Part shown: positions 29,946 through 42,082 of the stretch, in pieces
How positions within the stretch are numbered: position 1 is the stretch's first letter
How the letters are laid out: each line of letters opens with the position of its first letter
Source: Nitrospira sp.
GTDB taxonomy: Bacteria; Nitrospirota; Nitrospiria; Nitrospirales; Nitrospiraceae
Reading direction: 5' to 3'
Assembly: GCA_047150005.1 (NCBI GenBank)
Contig: AP038806.1
Span: 288,001-352,000, forward strand
Length of the DNA: 64,000 nucleotides
The notes under the pieces: model-generated
Database searches by the model: none
Told to the model about the DNA's origin: nothing
The model's input: the letters and a program-made list of their open reading frames with translations, nothing else
Position numbers and translations under genes: made by a program

Positions 29946-30779
29946 CTAGGAAAGACGCACGGGTTCCCCGCGCACAACGGACAAACGAACAGAGGCGCTC
30001 GACTCCTTCAAAAAGATCTCGACGTAGCCTCCGCTATTGATCAAGGCATGCGGAGTCTGGGAATCCCCCTCACTATAACTACCCACCAATCCGTCGATGA
30101 CATGACCCAGGAGACGAATGATAGGGTTCGGCCTTTTGGCCGCCGCCTGCCATTGCTTGACGTGGTCGGCGGCGAGATTGGTGATCAGATTACCGAAGCG
30201 ATCGATGTGAACGACTTCTCCGACCAGTGCCGCTTGCTCCCCCGCATGCTCCCACCGAGGCGATTGAGCGTGAAATTTCCTATACGACTGCAGTAGCCGT
30301 CCGAATGAGGCAAATGATTCGTTTTTCGTGAGCCAAGCCGCAGCGGGAGCAAACAGGTCTCGTCCGTCGAACGTCCGTCCGATGGGTTCCAAGCGGTATT
30401 GCTTGTTCTCGATCTCCCGCACTTCGATGTCCTGCTCGTCCTCAGCCACGTGCGACAGCAGACCATTATCGGGCGCGAGGAAGAAGTACTGCGCACTCCT
30501 GGCGATCAGCGGTCGCCGTTCGCTGCCTACGCCTGGATCGACCACGGCGACATGCACCGTGCCTGGAGGAAACGACCGATAGCACGACTTGAGGAGATAT
30601 GCGGCATGCTCAACGGCATGAGGAGGAACCTCGTGGGTCAGATCGATGATCGTCGCCTGGGGATTGATCGAGAGGATGACGCCCTTCATGCTCGCCACGA
30701 ACCAATCGGCGGTTCCGAAGTCCGTCAACAGGGTGATCAGTCCCAAGGGGTGCAGCACCGAGGCAGGACCTTTCAGCAT
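29946..30779 (-). CDS. DUF62 / SAM hydrolase-halogenase family protein
   Basis: ITLLTDFG, VVDPGVG..RR, APDNG, TFDGRD, IDRFGNL. Confidence 0.9.
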   Translation of the reverse strand: MLKGPASVLHPLGLITLLTDFGTADWFVASMKGVILSINPQATIIDLTHEVPPHAVEHAAYLLKSCYRSFPPGTVHVAVVDPGVGSERRPLIARSAQYFFLAPDNGLLSHVAEDEQDIEVREIENKQYRLEPIGRTFDGRDLFAPAAAWLTKNESFASFGRLLQSYRKFHAQSPRWEHAGEQAALVGEVVHIDRFGNLITNLAADHVKQWQAAAKRPNPIIRLLGHVIDGLVGSYSEGDSQTPHALINSGGYVEIFLKESSASVRLSVVRGEPVRLS

Positions 30780-30909
30780 GATTCGGGCACAAACCAGCGG
30801 CCCTCAGCCGACGGCTGACACCAAGTCCCAACGGAGCGACGGAGCGGCGGAACTTCGGGCGGGACGATGACGCATCGGCCGTGATCCGCACCCGCCTTTC
30901 CGGCACCGG

Positions 30910-31386
30910 CTAGAGTTCCTCGAAGCGGATCTCCACCACCTCGTACTCCACCATCTTGACCGGCGTCTTCACCTCGACGAAATCGCCGACGCGCTTTCCG
31001 ATCAACGCCCGCCCGACCGGCGACTGGATGGAAATTCTGTTGAACTTCATATCCGCTTCGTCCTGGCCGACCAGCGTATACTGCCGTTTCGACTGCGACT
31101 CCTGCTCGATCACCGAAACGGTCGCGCCGAAGACCACGGTGTCCGACGTCCGCCCTGCAATCTCGACGACGCGCGCGTCGGCCAGTTTCGTCTCGATTTC
31201 GGCGATGCGCGACTCGATGAATCCCTGCCGTTCCTTTGCGGCATCATATTCCGCATTTTCGCTTAGATCGCCGTGGGACCTTGCCTCCGCGATGGCTTCA
31301 ATGACCTGCGGACGCTCGACCTTGCGCAAACGGTCCAGTTCCGCCTTCAAGGCGTCGTAGCCTTTCTTGGTGATGGGCGTCGGCAT
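30910..31386 (-). CDS. greA: transcription elongation factor GreA
   Basis: HGDLSENAEYDAAKE, SPVGRALIG. Confidence 0.97.
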   Translation of the reverse strand: MPTPITKKGYDALKAELDRLRKVERPQVIEAIAEARSHGDLSENAEYDAAKERQGFIESRIAEIETKLADARVVEIAGRTSDTVVFGATVSVIEQESQSKRQYTLVGQDEADMKFNRISIQSPVGRALIGKRVGDFVEVKTPVKMVEYEVVEIRFEEL

Positions 31387-31388
31387 GC

Positions 31389-34300
31389 CTATGCATCTCC
31401 TCTCGACGTACAGTGATACTCTTGCAGCGTTTTGATGGCCAACTCCTTCTTGACGACGGCCTCGATCCCCATAACGGCCGCGCGAGCGCCACGCATCGTC
31501 GTGAAATACGCCAACCCCCTGTTCAAAGCTTCCCGCCTGATGGAGAGTGAATCCTGATGACCCGATGCGGTTCGCACCGTATTGACCACCAAGGCCACAT
31601 CCCCGTTCTTGATATAGTCCACGATATGCGGTCTTCCCTCGGTGACCTTATGAACGGTGCGCACCTCCATCCCGTGGCTATGGAGATAGGCCGCGGTACC
31701 GCTTGTGGCCAGAATGGAAAAACCCAGCCGGCGAAGATGCCTGGCGACCTCGAGCGCCGCGGCACGGTCGCCCTCCTTCACGCTGAGGAACGCCGTCCCT
31801 CCTCGTGGAAGCATCGCCCCGGCTCCCGCCTGCGATTTGGCGTAGGCCCATCCGAAATCCGCATCGATACCCATGACCTCACCGGTCGATTTCATCTCAG
31901 GCCCAAGCAGGACATCCACCCCCGGAAACTTGTTGAACGGAAAGACGGATTCCTTCACGGACAAGTGGACTGGAGCGGGGGCCTGCATGAAGCCCAGTTC
32001 CTTGAGGCTCTTGCCGAGCATCGTTTTCATCGCGAGCTTGGCCAAGGGAACTCCGATGGCTTTGCTCACAAAGGGAACCGTACGCGACCCTCTGGGATTG
32101 ACCTCCAGGACGTAAATCCGATCTTCCTTCACGGCGAACTGGGCATTCATTAAGCCGACGACCCCGAGTTCCAAGGCTAGCGCCGTCATCTGACGGCGAA
32201 TCTCCTCTACGATCGATTCGGTGAGGGAATACGGCGGCAGCGAGCAGGCTGAATCACCGGAATGGACTCCGGCTTCTTCAATGTGTTCCATAATCCCGGC
32301 GACCACCACGTTCGTGCCGTCGGAGATGGCGTCGGCATCGACCTCGATCGCGTCGGACAGATACTTGTCGATAAGAACCGGGTGCTTGGGCGAAGCCTTG
32401 ACGGCAGAGGCCATGTAGGCCAGCAGCCCTGGTTCGTCATAGACGATCTGCATTGATCGGCCGCCCAGGACGTATGACGGCCGGACCATGACCGGATAAC
32501 TGATCTCCGAGGCCACGCGAACCGCTTCGTCTACGGACCGGGCAATCCCGCTCTCAGCCTGACAGAGACCAAGCTTGTTGAGCAGGTCTCGAAAGCGCTC
32601 GCGATCCTCGGCTCGATCAATGGCGTCCGGACTCGTCCCCAGGATGCGCACACCGGCTTTTGACAGGGGCAGTGCCAGTTTCAACGGAGTCTGCCCGCCG
32701 AACTGAAGCACGACGCCGAGCGGCTCCTCGCAATTCACGATGTTGAGCACGTCTTCCTCGGTCAACGGCTCGAAATACAGGCGATCCGACGTATCATAGT
32801 CCGTGCTGACGGTCTCCGGATTGCAGTTCACCATGATGGTTTCGACGCCTTCATCCCAGAGCGCCATAGCCGCATGCACACAACAATAGTCGAACTCGAT
32901 CCCTTGACCGATTCGATTCGGTCCGCCGCCCAGGATCATGATTTTCTTGCGGTCGGTGGGACGGGCCTCGCATTCCACTCCGTAGGTCGAATAAAGATAC
33001 GGCGTCTGCGCTTCGAACTCGGCCGCACAGGTATCGACCCGCTTGTACGTGACTCCGCGCCCCCATCGACTCCGTTGAGCGCGGACCGCGGAGACCGGGA
33101 CACCGGTCAATTGCCCGACACGCTCATCGGAAAAGCCCAACGCTTTGGCCCGGCGTAGGATGTCGTCTTCGATCACCTCGGCTGCCGATCCGACCTGAGC
33201 GGTAAGCGACGATTCGAATCGGATCAGGTCCCGCAGTTGTTCAAGGAACCAGGGATCGATTTTGGTGAGAGCGAACAACTCCTCGTTCGTCAAACCGAGA
33301 CGGATGGCATCCGCAACTTGCCACATCCGTTCGGGAACCGGCGTTCGCAGCTGCCGGCGAATGTGCTCGATCGCCTCGCCTCGGTCAAACCCTTCGGGAA
33401 TCCCCCGATCCAGCCCCAGGCGAGACGCCAGTCCGCTGAGTTCCAATTCCAAAGAACGAATGGCCTTCTGCAAGGACTCCTTGAAGGTTCGGCCGATCGC
33501 CATGACCTCTCCCACCGACTTCATCTGTGTGGTCAGAGTCGGATCGGCTCCCTTGAACTTCTGGAACGCGAACCGAGGAATCTTCACCACGACGTAGTCG
33601 ATGGTCGGCTCGAAGGAGGCCTTGGTCACCCCGGTGATGTCGTTGGTGATTTCGTCCAGCGTATATCCCACCGCCAGCTTGGCGGCGATCTTGGCGATTG
33701 GAAACCCCGTGGCCTTCGAGGCCAACGCGGAACTCCGCGAGACTCGGGGATTCATTTCGATCACCACCATGGCGCCGTTGTCCGGATTGATGCCGAACTG
33801 AATGTTGGAACCGCCCGTATCCACACCGATCTCGCGGATGATCCGCACGGCGGCGTCCCTCATGCGCTGGTATTCCTTGTCGGTCAAGGTCATGGTCGGC
33901 GCCACGGTAATGCTGTCGCCCGTATGAACACCCATGGGATCAAAATTCTCGATCGGACAGACGATCACCACGTTGTCCTTGAGGTCCCGCATGACCTCCA
34001 GTTCATATTCCTTCCATCCAATGAGGGATTGCTCGATGAGCACCTGTCCCACCGGGCTCATCGCCAGAGCCCACTCAATGAGCTTTTCAAACTCCTCCCG
34101 GTTGTAGGCGATGTTCCCCCCCGTTCCCCCCATGGTGAACGACGGACGGATAATGGCGGGAAACCCGACCGAGTCCAAGACACGGACGGCGTCCTCGCGA
34201 CTGTGAGCGGTTCCGCTCTCCGGAACCCGCAGTCCTATTCGTTGCATCGCCTGCTTGAACGCATCCCGGTCTTCGGCCTTGTGAATCGCCTCGGCCGAGG

Positions 34301-34652
34301 CGCCGATGAGCTTGACTCCGAATTTCTCCAGCGTCCCCCGCTTGAACAGGCCCATCGTGATGTTCAATGCCGTCTGTCCGCCCATGGTCGGCAGCAGCGC
34401 ATCGGGCCGTTCCCGTTCAATGACTTTCTCGACGACGTCCACGGTAATCGGCTCGATGTACGTCCGGTCAGCCAGTTCGGGGTCGGTCATGATGGTGGCC
34501 GGGTTGCTGTTGATGAGGACGACTCGAAATCCTTCCTCCTTCAGCGCCTTGCAGGCCTGGGTTCCCGAATAGTCGAATTCGCAGGCTTGTCCGATCACGA
34601 TCGGACCCGATCCGATCAGTAGCACCGTGCGGATGTCGGTACGTTTCGGCAT
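31389..34652 (-). CDS. carB: carbamoyl-phosphate synthase large subunit
   Basis: [24 protein letters not shown]; duplicated ATP-grasp domains; MGS domain. Confidence 0.98.
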   Translation of the reverse strand: MPKRTDIRTVLLIGSGPIVIGQACEFDYSGTQACKALKEEGFRVVLINSNPATIMTDPELADRTYIEPITVDVVEKVIERERPDALLPTMGGQTALNITMGLFKRGTLEKFGVKLIGASAEAIHKAEDRDAFKQAMQRIGLRVPESGTAHSREDAVRVLDSVGFPAIIRPSFTMGGTGGNIAYNREEFEKLIEWALAMSPVGQVLIEQSLIGWKEYELEVMRDLKDNVVIVCPIENFDPMGVHTGDSITVAPTMTLTDKEYQRMRDAAVRIIREIGVDTGGSNIQFGINPDNGAMVVIEMNPRVSRSSALASKATGFPIAKIAAKLAVGYTLDEITNDITGVTKASFEPTIDYVVVKIPRFAFQKFKGADPTLTTQMKSVGEVMAIGRTFKESLQKAIRSLELELSGLASRLGLDRGIPEGFDRGEAIEHIRRQLRTPVPERMWQVADAIRLGLTNEELFALTKIDPWFLEQLRDLIRFESSLTAQVGSAAEVIEDDILRRAKALGFSDERVGQLTGVPVSAVRAQRSRWGRGVTYKRVDTCAAEFEAQTPYLYSTYGVECEARPTDRKKIMILGGGPNRIGQGIEFDYCCVHAAMALWDEGVETIMVNCNPETVSTDYDTSDRLYFEPLTEEDVLNIVNCEEPLGVVLQFGGQTPLKLALPLSKAGVRILGTSPDAIDRAEDRERFRDLLNKLGLCQAESGIARSVDEAVRVASEISYPVMVRPSYVLGGRSMQIVYDEPGLLAYMASAVKASPKHPVLIDKYLSDAIEVDADAISDGTNVVVAGIMEHIEEAGVHSGDSACSLPPYSLTESIVEEIRRQMTALALELGVVGLMNAQFAVKEDRIYVLEVNPRGSRTVPFVSKAIGVPLAKLAMKTMLGKSLKELGFMQAPAPVHLSVKESVFPFNKFPGVDVLLGPEMKSTGEVMGIDADFGWAYAKSQAGAGAMLPRGGTAFLSVKEGDRAAALEVARHLRRLGFSILATSGTAAYLHSHGMEVRTVHKVTEGRPHIVDYIKNGDVALVVNTVRTASGHQDSLSIRREALNRGLAYFTTMRGARAAVMGIEAVVKKELAIKTLQEYHCTSRGDA

Positions 34653-34660
34653 ATCAGCGG

Positions 34661-35644
34661 TCAGCTGGTTTTCGGCATCGGACCGATGGAAGGTTTATAG
34701 GGCGCGGGAGCCGGCGTCGTCTTTCCGGTCGCTCCATGGTAGTACTGCATGGTCTCAGGCAGCCATGCTTCGATTTGGTTCATCCGGGTGACGTCGGACG
34801 GATGTGTCGAAAGAAATTCTGGAATCGCGTGCTGGGACCGGAAGCAGAGTTTGTCGATCATCTGCCTGGGACATCCGCTCATCCGTTCCCAGAAAGGCAC
34901 CGCTTCATGCGGATCGTATCCTGCCTGCGCCATCAGCCTCAGGCCGATATAGTCGGCCTCCGATTCCTGCTTGCGGTTGAACGGCAACGACACGTTGACG
35001 CCATAGGCACCGAGCAATCCTTGGATCGCCGCACCGCTGGAATGACCGGACGCTGCCGCGCCCAATGCGCCCAGCTGGGCAATCTGGTCGATGATGCTCC
35101 GGCTCATGCGCTCGACGCCGTGCCGCTGCAAGGCGTGGGCGATTTCGTGCCCCATCACGGTCGCCATACCGGCATCATTCTTGGTGTGTTTCAAGATGCC
35201 GGTAAACACGGCCACCTTGCCCCCGGGAAGACAAAAGGCGTTCACCATCTTGTCATCATCGATGAGGGCAAACTCCCATTGGTATTCAGGCTTGTTCGTC
35301 ACTTCGGCGATTTTTTTCCCCACCCGCTGCACCAAGTCGTTCTTGTCGGGATCGTCGCTCAACCGCGCCTGCCGCAGGACCTCGCGATACGCGCTGAGCC
35401 CGAACTCCAACTCCTTTTCCTCCGAAAAGAAGATGAGCTGATCGCGCGCGGTGCCCGGTGCTCGATAGCAGCCGCTCAGGCTGCCCATGAGGCCGGTCAA
35501 GGCGCCCATGCCCAGTGCTGCACACAGTCCCATCGCTCCGCGCATGCCCAGCGCCAGCATGGCTCGACGACCCACCGTCGCGGCGAGCGCCCGCTCAACC
35601 GATTTTCCTAGGCATTCCATGCCCTGAGTCTGTAACGTCCCCAT
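34661..35644 (-). CDS. M48 family metallopeptidase, probable lipoprotein
   Basis: [30 protein letters not shown] and LSGC in the leader; start uncertain. Confidence 0.9.
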   Translation of the reverse strand: MGTLQTQGMECLGKSVERALAATVGRRAMLALGMRGAMGLCAALGMGALTGLMGSLSGCYRAPGTARDQLIFFSEEKELEFGLSAYREVLRQARLSDDPDKNDLVQRVGKKIAEVTNKPEYQWEFALIDDDKMVNAFCLPGGKVAVFTGILKHTKNDAGMATVMGHEIAHALQRHGVERMSRSIIDQIAQLGALGAAASGHSSGAAIQGLLGAYGVNVSLPFNRKQESEADYIGLRLMAQAGYDPHEAVPFWERMSGCPRQMIDKLCFRSQHAIPEFLSTHPSDVTRMNQIEAWLPETMQYYHGATGKTTPAPAPYKPSIGPMPKTS

Positions 35645-35651
35645 CGGATCG

Positions 35652-36626
35652 TCACGGCATCCACAGATACATGAATTGCGGCGTCCCTCCCCGCACCATG
35701 GACAGCAGATCGATGTTGGCCAGACTTGCCAAGCCCGATCCGGTCCCCTGCAAGGCATGGGAGTAGATGTTGTTCTGGTACTCTCCAGGGCGCCGATACG
35801 TGACGACCCGCGCCTCCTTCAATCCGGCTTTCCTCTTGGCCTGCTCGATGGCTTCCTCCAGGTAGCCGATGTCGTCGACTAAGCCCACCGCTTTCGCCTG
35901 CTCCCCGGAATAGATCCGCCCGTCAGCCAATTTCTTGATCTGGTCCGCTGAAAGATCCGGCCGGCCTTCCTGGACCACCGTCAGGAACCGCTGATAGAAT
36001 GAATCGATCACGCCCTGAAAGATGGCCTTTTCCTCCGCGGTCATCACGCGGAAGGGAGATCCCATGTCCTTCCTGGGACCGGACGTGATGGCATTGGCTT
36101 CCACGCCCACCTTCTCCAACAATCCCCGGGCGTTGACCGTGAGCATGATCACCCCGATGCTGCCCGTCACCGTCGAGGGATGCACCAGCACGGAATCACC
36201 GGCCATCGCCAAGTAGTACCCTCCCGACGCCGCGACATCCATCATGGAGATTACGACCGGAACTCGCTTGGTCGCTTTGAACGTCTTGAGTTCATGATAC
36301 AGGATGTCCGACGCCGTGACCGTGCCTCCGGGGCTGTTGATCCGCACGACCACCGCTTTGACCTTGTCGTCCTTCGATGCTCGGGACAGCTCTTCTTTAA
36401 ACGTCGCCAGCATGTTGGGCTGAGGGATCAACCCGTCCCGATCTTGCGATCCGATGACTCCGGACAGATCGAGCAACAGCACTTTCGCATCGCCCTTCCC
36501 GCTCACGACCGTCTCCTGTACCGGACCAGGCGGTTGGATGAGGTTCACGGTGATGCAGCTTGTCAGGAGCAGCGTCGCTCCCGCGATACAGGAACAGGCA
36601 AGGATCTGATAGATCTTATGAGTCAT
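35652..36626 (-). CDS. sppA: signal peptide peptidase SppA (S49)
   Basis: RINSPGG, AASGGYY, TGSIGVI; LTSC lipobox; likely start MTHKIY at 36626. Confidence 0.93.
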   Translation of the reverse strand: MTHKIYQILACSCIAGATLLLTSCITVNLIQPPGPVQETVVSGKGDAKVLLLDLSGVIGSQDRDGLIPQPNMLATFKEELSRASKDDKVKAVVVRINSPGGTVTASDILYHELKTFKATKRVPVVISMMDVAASGGYYLAMAGDSVLVHPSTVTGSIGVIMLTVNARGLLEKVGVEANAITSGPRKDMGSPFRVMTAEEKAIFQGVIDSFYQRFLTVVQEGRPDLSADQIKKLADGRIYSGEQAKAVGLVDDIGYLEEAIEQAKRKAGLKEARVVTYRRPGEYQNNIYSHALQGTGSGLASLANIDLLSMVRGGTPQFMYLWMP

Positions 36627-37791
36627 ACAATTTCTCCATGACGCCGACAAAATCCGTAAACAAGTAGGCCGAATCATGCGGCCCGGGAGACGCTTCCGGA
36701 TGGTATTGTACAGAAAAGACCGGCTGGTCCACACAGGCAAGTCCTTCGACCGACTGATCGTTCAAACTCACATGGGTCACGGCCACTCTGCCGAATGCGG
36801 TCTCGACCAGCGGCGGAGTTTCCGGGATCGTAGAGGCAACACCCTCGGCCTGAACGGCAAAATTGTGGTTTTGAGAGGTAATCTCGACCTTTCGCGTGCG
36901 CAGGTCCATCACCGGATGATTCGCCCCATGGTGGCCGAACTTCAGTTTGTAGGTCTTGAGCCCCATGGCCAGACCAAGGATCTGGTGCCCCAGACAGATT
37001 CCGAAAATCGGCCGACGCCCGATCAAGCTCTTGACCGCCTCGATGGCATAGGGAACCCCTTCGGGATCGCCGGGACCGTTCGACAAGAAGATCCCGTCCG
37101 GTTCGAGCGCCTCGACATCCTTCGCCGTCGTCGAGGCCGGAACCACCGTCACATCGCATCCGACGTCGACAAGACGTCTCAGAATATTCTGCTTCACGCC
37201 GAAATCATAGGCAACCACCTTCCACCGCCGGCGCGACTTGGTCCGGGGATCGTCGAATGACGGCGTCCACTCGCCAGACCCATGCGACCATTGATAAGCC
37301 TGGGCACAGGTCACGGCTGCAGCCAGATCGACTCCTACAATACCGGGGGCCTGTTTGGCTTTTTCGACCGCGGCCGCTTCACTGACCGCGCCGTGAGTAA
37401 TCACGCCGGGCTGCGAACCGTATTGCCTCAAGTGTCTGGTCAAGGCACGGGTGTCGAGTCCTTCGATCGCGACGAGCTTCGCGGCCTCCAGGTATTCATG
37501 GAGTTGGTGACGGCTGCGCCAATTGCTGGTGAGGCCACTTCCCTCCTTGATAACGAAACCCTCCGCCCAGACTCGACGTGACTCGACATCTTCAGGCGTC
37601 AGGCCGTAATTTCCGATGTGCGGAGACGTCATCGTGATGATCTGCCCTTTGTATGAAGGGTCGGTCAACACCTCTTGATAGCCGGTCATCGCCGTGTTGA
37701 ACACCACCTCGCCGACGGTTTCCCCTTCATACCCGAGGGCTTCTCCTTCGAACACCGCTCCATCCGCCAAGGCCAATAACGCCCTGCTCAT
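36616..37791 (-). CDS. carA: carbamoyl-phosphate synthase small subunit
   Basis: [33 protein letters not shown]. Confidence 0.98.
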   Translation of the reverse strand: MSRALLALADGAVFEGEALGYEGETVGEVVFNTAMTGYQEVLTDPSYKGQIITMTSPHIGNYGLTPEDVESRRVWAEGFVIKEGSGLTSNWRSRHQLHEYLEAAKLVAIEGLDTRALTRHLRQYGSQPGVITHGAVSEAAAVEKAKQAPGIVGVDLAAAVTCAQAYQWSHGSGEWTPSFDDPRTKSRRRWKVVAYDFGVKQNILRRLVDVGCDVTVVPASTTAKDVEALEPDGIFLSNGPGDPEGVPYAIEAVKSLIGRRPIFGICLGHQILGLAMGLKTYKLKFGHHGANHPVMDLRTRKVEITSQNHNFAVQAEGVASTIPETPPLVETAFGRVAVTHVSLNDQSVEGLACVDQPVFSVQYHPEASPGPHDSAYLFTDFVGVMEKLYDS

Positions 37792-38414
37792 GAATGTGGC
37801 TCCCGTCTGGATACCGGCCGTGTGCCTTTCATGGTCAGAAGCGCGATCCCCAGAACCATGTTCACCATGTAGAGAGAACGAACCGGCATATGCAACCGGA
37901 AAAACGCCTCGAACGCGGCCTTCCTGGCCTGTTCATCCTTCGCGGCAAAAGCCTCCGCCTGGAGCGCCGCCGCTTGAGGATGGAGCACCAGGACGATCAT
38001 GCCCAAGAAAATCCCCATCAGCGCCAGCAGCACGATTTCGCTTCGGCTCACACTGACCGCCGGATGACCGCTCCATTGACGAAAGACCGCCGCAACCGCT
38101 AGAACGATCAAGGCCACCACGGCCAACCGGTTGTAGCTCTCAAACGCCCGGGTGAGCAGAAATCCTCCCGAATCTTGGCCTCCCAGCGTATTGAACACCG
38201 CCGGGATGACCGCGCCGATCAAGACGATCAATCCGCCGACCCAGGTCGCCAGTGCGAGCAACTCCAACGTCAGTCCGCACAGCAACCCCCAATGCGTCCA
38301 CCGATTCACCGTGCCGACCGGCTGCTGAACGTCCCGCCGAGGCGCACCCCACCAACCCTGTTCGCCAGACGTGCGATCCGACTGTAGGGAGGCCGGCTGC
38401 CATCGGTGCCGCAC
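37788..38414 (-). CDS. DUF4149 family membrane protein
   Basis: 4 TM; WVGG..P.VF and FFRLH motifs; start may be the GTG at 38309. Confidence 0.75.
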   Translation of the reverse strand: MRHRWQPASLQSDRTSGEQGWWGAPRRDVQQPVGTVNRWTHWGLLCGLTLELLALATWVGGLIVLIGAVIPAVFNTLGGQDSGGFLLTRAFESYNRLAVVALIVLAVAAVFRQWSGHPAVSVSRSEIVLLALMGIFLGMIVLVLHPQAAALQAEAFAAKDEQARKAAFEAFFRLHMPVRSLYMVNMVLGIALLTMKGTRPVSRREPHS

Positions 38415-38454
38415 ACCGCTGAAGAGCCTGGATCATCGGTCATCGCGCAGACCG

Positions 38455-39750
38455 TCATCCACCGACGATCGACCGCTCTGTCGCCTCGAACACGACCTTG
38501 CCCCCCACGATGGTCGTGCACACGCGGCCCTTCAACTTCCAACCGGCAAAAGGAGTATTCCGGCTTTTCGAGCGGAACTTGGCCGGATCCACTTCCCACT
38601 GTGCGTGAGCATCAACGATCGTCACATCGGCATCGGCCCCGACCCCCAGCGACCCTTTCTTGAGGCCGAATGCGGCCGCCGGGCCGGTGCTGAGCTTGGC
38701 AACGGCCGCTTCGAGCGTCAGTACCCCCTCATCGACCAGCGCCAACGTCAAGGACAAGGCGGTTTCCAATCCGACGATGCCGAACGGGGCTTCCGTGAAC
38801 CCCTGCTGTTTCTCCTGCGGGGCGTGCGGGGCGTGATCCGTCGCGATGACATCGATCGTGCCGTCGCGCAAGCCCTGTTTGATCGCTTGGACGTCTCTCC
38901 ACGTTCGGAGGGGAGGATTCATCTTCGCACAGGTGTCATACCCGCGGACAGCCTCCTCGGTGATGGTAAAGTGATGCGGACAGGCTTCCGCAGTCACGTG
39001 AATCCCGCGCGATTTGGCTTCACGCACCATGCGGACAGACCCTTCTGTACTGACATGAGCCAGATGCAGCCGCGCGCCGGTCAACTCGGCCAACGCGACA
39101 TTCCTGGCGACCATGACATCTTCTGCCGCCGAGGGAATGCCGGGCAGTCCCAGCTCGGTGGAAATGAGCCCCTCGTTCATGCAGCCGCCTTCGGCCAGAT
39201 GGAGATCTTCGCAGTGATCCACAACCGGAATGTCGAACGCCAAGGCGTATTCCATCGCTCGCCGCATGACCAGGCTATTCATCACGGGTTTCCCGTCGTC
39301 CGAAATCGCCACACAGCCTGCACGCCGCAAATCGCCGATTTCCGCCAGCTCCTTCCCCTCCGAGCCCTTGGTGATGGCCCCGATCGGCAACACGTTGGCC
39401 AACCCGGCCGATCTCGCTCGCTCCAGCATGAACTCCGTAATGGCTTGATTGTCGTTGACCGGATTCGTGTTGGGCATGCAACACACGGTGGTAAATCCGC
39501 CGGCCACGGCCGAGGTCGCCCCGCTTTGGATGGTTTCCTTGTACTCAAAGCCGGGCTCCCGAAAATGCACATGAAGGTCTACGAATCCGGGAACCACCAG
39601 CCGCCCCTTCGCGGAAATCCTCGTCGCATGGGACGGAGCCTCGACCGTCGAGCCCACCGCGGCGATACGTCCCTGGTCGATCAAGACCTCGCCGACGCCG
39701 TTGAATCGTCCGGGATCGATGATATGTCCTCCGGTGATCAATATGGCCAC
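38455..39750 (-). CDS. pyrC: dihydroorotase
   Basis: DLHVHFREPG, MPNT, ATDHAPH, SKSRNTPF; GTG start at 39750 after AAGGAG. Confidence 0.96.
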   Translation of the reverse strand: MAILITGGHIIDPGRFNGVGEVLIDQGRIAAVGSTVEAPSHATRISAKGRLVVPGFVDLHVHFREPGFEYKETIQSGATSAVAGGFTTVCCMPNTNPVNDNQAITEFMLERARSAGLANVLPIGAITKGSEGKELAEIGDLRRAGCVAISDDGKPVMNSLVMRRAMEYALAFDIPVVDHCEDLHLAEGGCMNEGLISTELGLPGIPSAAEDVMVARNVALAELTGARLHLAHVSTEGSVRMVREAKSRGIHVTAEACPHHFTITEEAVRGYDTCAKMNPPLRTWRDVQAIKQGLRDGTIDVIATDHAPHAPQEKQQGFTEAPFGIVGLETALSLTLALVDEGVLTLEAAVAKLSTGPAAAFGLKKGSLGVGADADVTIVDAHAQWEVDPAKFRSKSRNTPFAGWKLKGRVCTTIVGGKVVFEATERSIVGG

Positions 39751-39825
39751 GTGATTCTCCTTAACTTTTCCACCAGGACACGTTGTGCTGATTCTCGTAT
39801 CTCGTGCGTCATCCGCAAAGAAGAG

Positions 39826-39908
39826 CATATGGCGCATGGCTTATGGCAGTTCCATAAACATGGAGGAGCCATATGTCTTTGTTCGTGCCATCAGCCATAA
39901 GCTACATG
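39826..39908. repeat. inverted heptamer repeats (NNATGGC)n / (GCCATNN)n
   Basis: CATATGGCGCATGGCTTATGGCA ... TGCCATCAGCCATAAGCTACATG between pyrB and pyrC. Confidence 0.6.
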
Positions 39909-39931
39909 CTCTGTTCCCAACAGTTCCCCCG

Positions 39932-40852
39932 CTAGTTCGTTCCCGACACTAAATAGAGGATACCCATCCGAACCGCCACCCCGTTCGCTACCTGATCCAG
40001 AATGACCGACGAGAGACTGTCGGCGACCTCCGGGGCAATCTCCACGCCGCGATTGATCGGACCGGGGTGCATGACGATCGCGCCCGGATCAGCCAGCTTG
40101 ACCCGTTCTCCCGTCAAACCGTAGAGCCTCGCGTATTCGCGGATCGTGGGGAACAGCGCCCGCCCCTGTCGCTCCAGTTGCAATCTCAACATCATGATCA
40201 CCTGCACACCGGCGAGCCCTTCGTCCAAATTGCGGTAAACCCGCGCCCCCAGCCGCTCCACTCCCCAGGGCATCATGGTCGGGGGGCCGATGAGCCGTAC
40301 CTCCGCCCCTAGTTTCGACAGCGCGTAGATGTTGGAACGAGCGACTCGGCTGTGGGCCACATCGCCGACGATCGCGACCTTGAGGCCCTCGAACGACAGT
40401 CCCCGCTGGCGGATGGTGTACAGATCGAGCAGCGCCTGAGTCGGATGTTCATGCCATCCGTCGCCCGCGTTGATCACTGATGATTTCACCCCGCGCGCAA
40501 GCGCTTCGGCCGCGCCGGCGGACGGATGGCGCAGGACGATGATGTCCGCCTGCATCGCCTCGATGTTGCGCGCGGTATCCAGCAGGGTTTCGCCTTTGAC
40601 CACGCTGCTCGACGAGGGAGAAAAATTGATGACGTCCGCGCTGAGCCGTTTCGCCGCCAGTTCAAACGAGGTCCTCGTTCTCGTGCTGGGTTCAAAGAAC
40701 AGATTGACGACGGTCCGCCCCCGCAGAGCGGGGACTTTCTTGATCTCTCGTCCGGTCACTTCCTTGAAGGAATCGGCCGTGTCGAGAACAAGCGTGATCT
40801 CCTCGACCGACAAGGGCGCCAGACTGAGCAAGTCCTTGCGCTTAAGGCTCAT
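39932..40852 (-). CDS. pyrB: aspartate carbamoyltransferase catalytic subunit
   Basis: [28 protein letters not shown]. Confidence 0.97.
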   Translation of the reverse strand: MSLKRKDLLSLAPLSVEEITLVLDTADSFKEVTGREIKKVPALRGRTVVNLFFEPSTRTRTSFELAAKRLSADVINFSPSSSSVVKGETLLDTARNIEAMQADIIVLRHPSAGAAEALARGVKSSVINAGDGWHEHPTQALLDLYTIRQRGLSFEGLKVAIVGDVAHSRVARSNIYALSKLGAEVRLIGPPTMMPWGVERLGARVYRNLDEGLAGVQVIMMLRLQLERQGRALFPTIREYARLYGLTGERVKLADPGAIVMHPGPINRGVEIAPEVADSLSSVILDQVANGVAVRMGILYLVSGTN

Positions 40853-40927
40853 ACATCCCTCCTACACGGGAATGCGTCACAGCCCCACGATTCCATCTTC
40901 ACCTGCGATCGATCCTGTACCAGATTC

Positions 40928-41636
<709 letters not shown>

Positions 41637-41643
41637 AGGGCAT

Positions 41644-41678
41644 AAAAAAACCTCCCCGCCAGAATGTGGCGAGAAGGC
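41644..41678 (-). terminator. intrinsic attenuator terminator of the pyrR leader
   Basis: GCCTTCTCGCCA-CATTC-TGGCGGGGAGG followed by T7. Confidence 0.85.
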
Positions 41679-41725
41679 CTCAAGATCTCGACCGGCACAG
41701 GCCGGGTTCTGGTTCATGTCCTGCT

Positions 41726-41757
41726 CCTTGCCCACCTCGCGGGATGAGCATTAAAGG
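41726..41757 (-). ncRNA. PyrR-binding loop (cis-regulatory RNA)
   Basis: CCUUUAA-UGCUCAU-CCCGCGAG-GUGGGC-AAGG matches the PyrR site pattern (CUUUAA .. UCCNGNGAGG .. AAGG) upstream of a terminator and pyrR. Confidence 0.85.
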
Positions 41758-41764
41758 TTAAGGC

Positions 41765-41794
41765 ATCTTAGCGAGCTTCGCGGAACACTGTCAA
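41765..41794 (-). promoter_or_regulatory. sigma70 promoter of the pyr operon
   Basis: TTGACA-N18-TAAGAT immediately upstream of the PyrR loop. Confidence 0.75.
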
Positions 41795-42082
41795 GCCGAT
41801 GGATAGTCTCACGGATGCTTCAATTCCTCCAGCGCACATTGCTTCGACAACAACACCGGCACGATGATGCCGATGGAATCCCCGCGTCCGATGGTCGTCG
41901 GTTTCATGAGCTGCAACAGAAAATTGGTCGTGAATGCTTCGTACGCTCGGGACAATGATGGGAATGATTCGGCAGGACCTTTATTCTCAGGCCTACATGC
42001 TTGGGATAAGCGGAACTGGATCGGAGTGGACCTCATTCATGCTCAGACTTCCCCCGAAGTTTCGACGAAGCATTGTCGTCCC

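Noticed and set aside
29946..30779. Bona fide fluorinase or chlorinase
   Set aside because: It keeps the DUF62-type DPGVG..RR motif, lacks the halogenase Tyr-containing motif and has no biosynthetic cluster context.
41809..41910. Possible AbrB/MazE antitoxin fragment (MKPTTIGRGDSIGIIVP)
   Set aside because: Too short and weak to support by eye, and no toxin partner is present.
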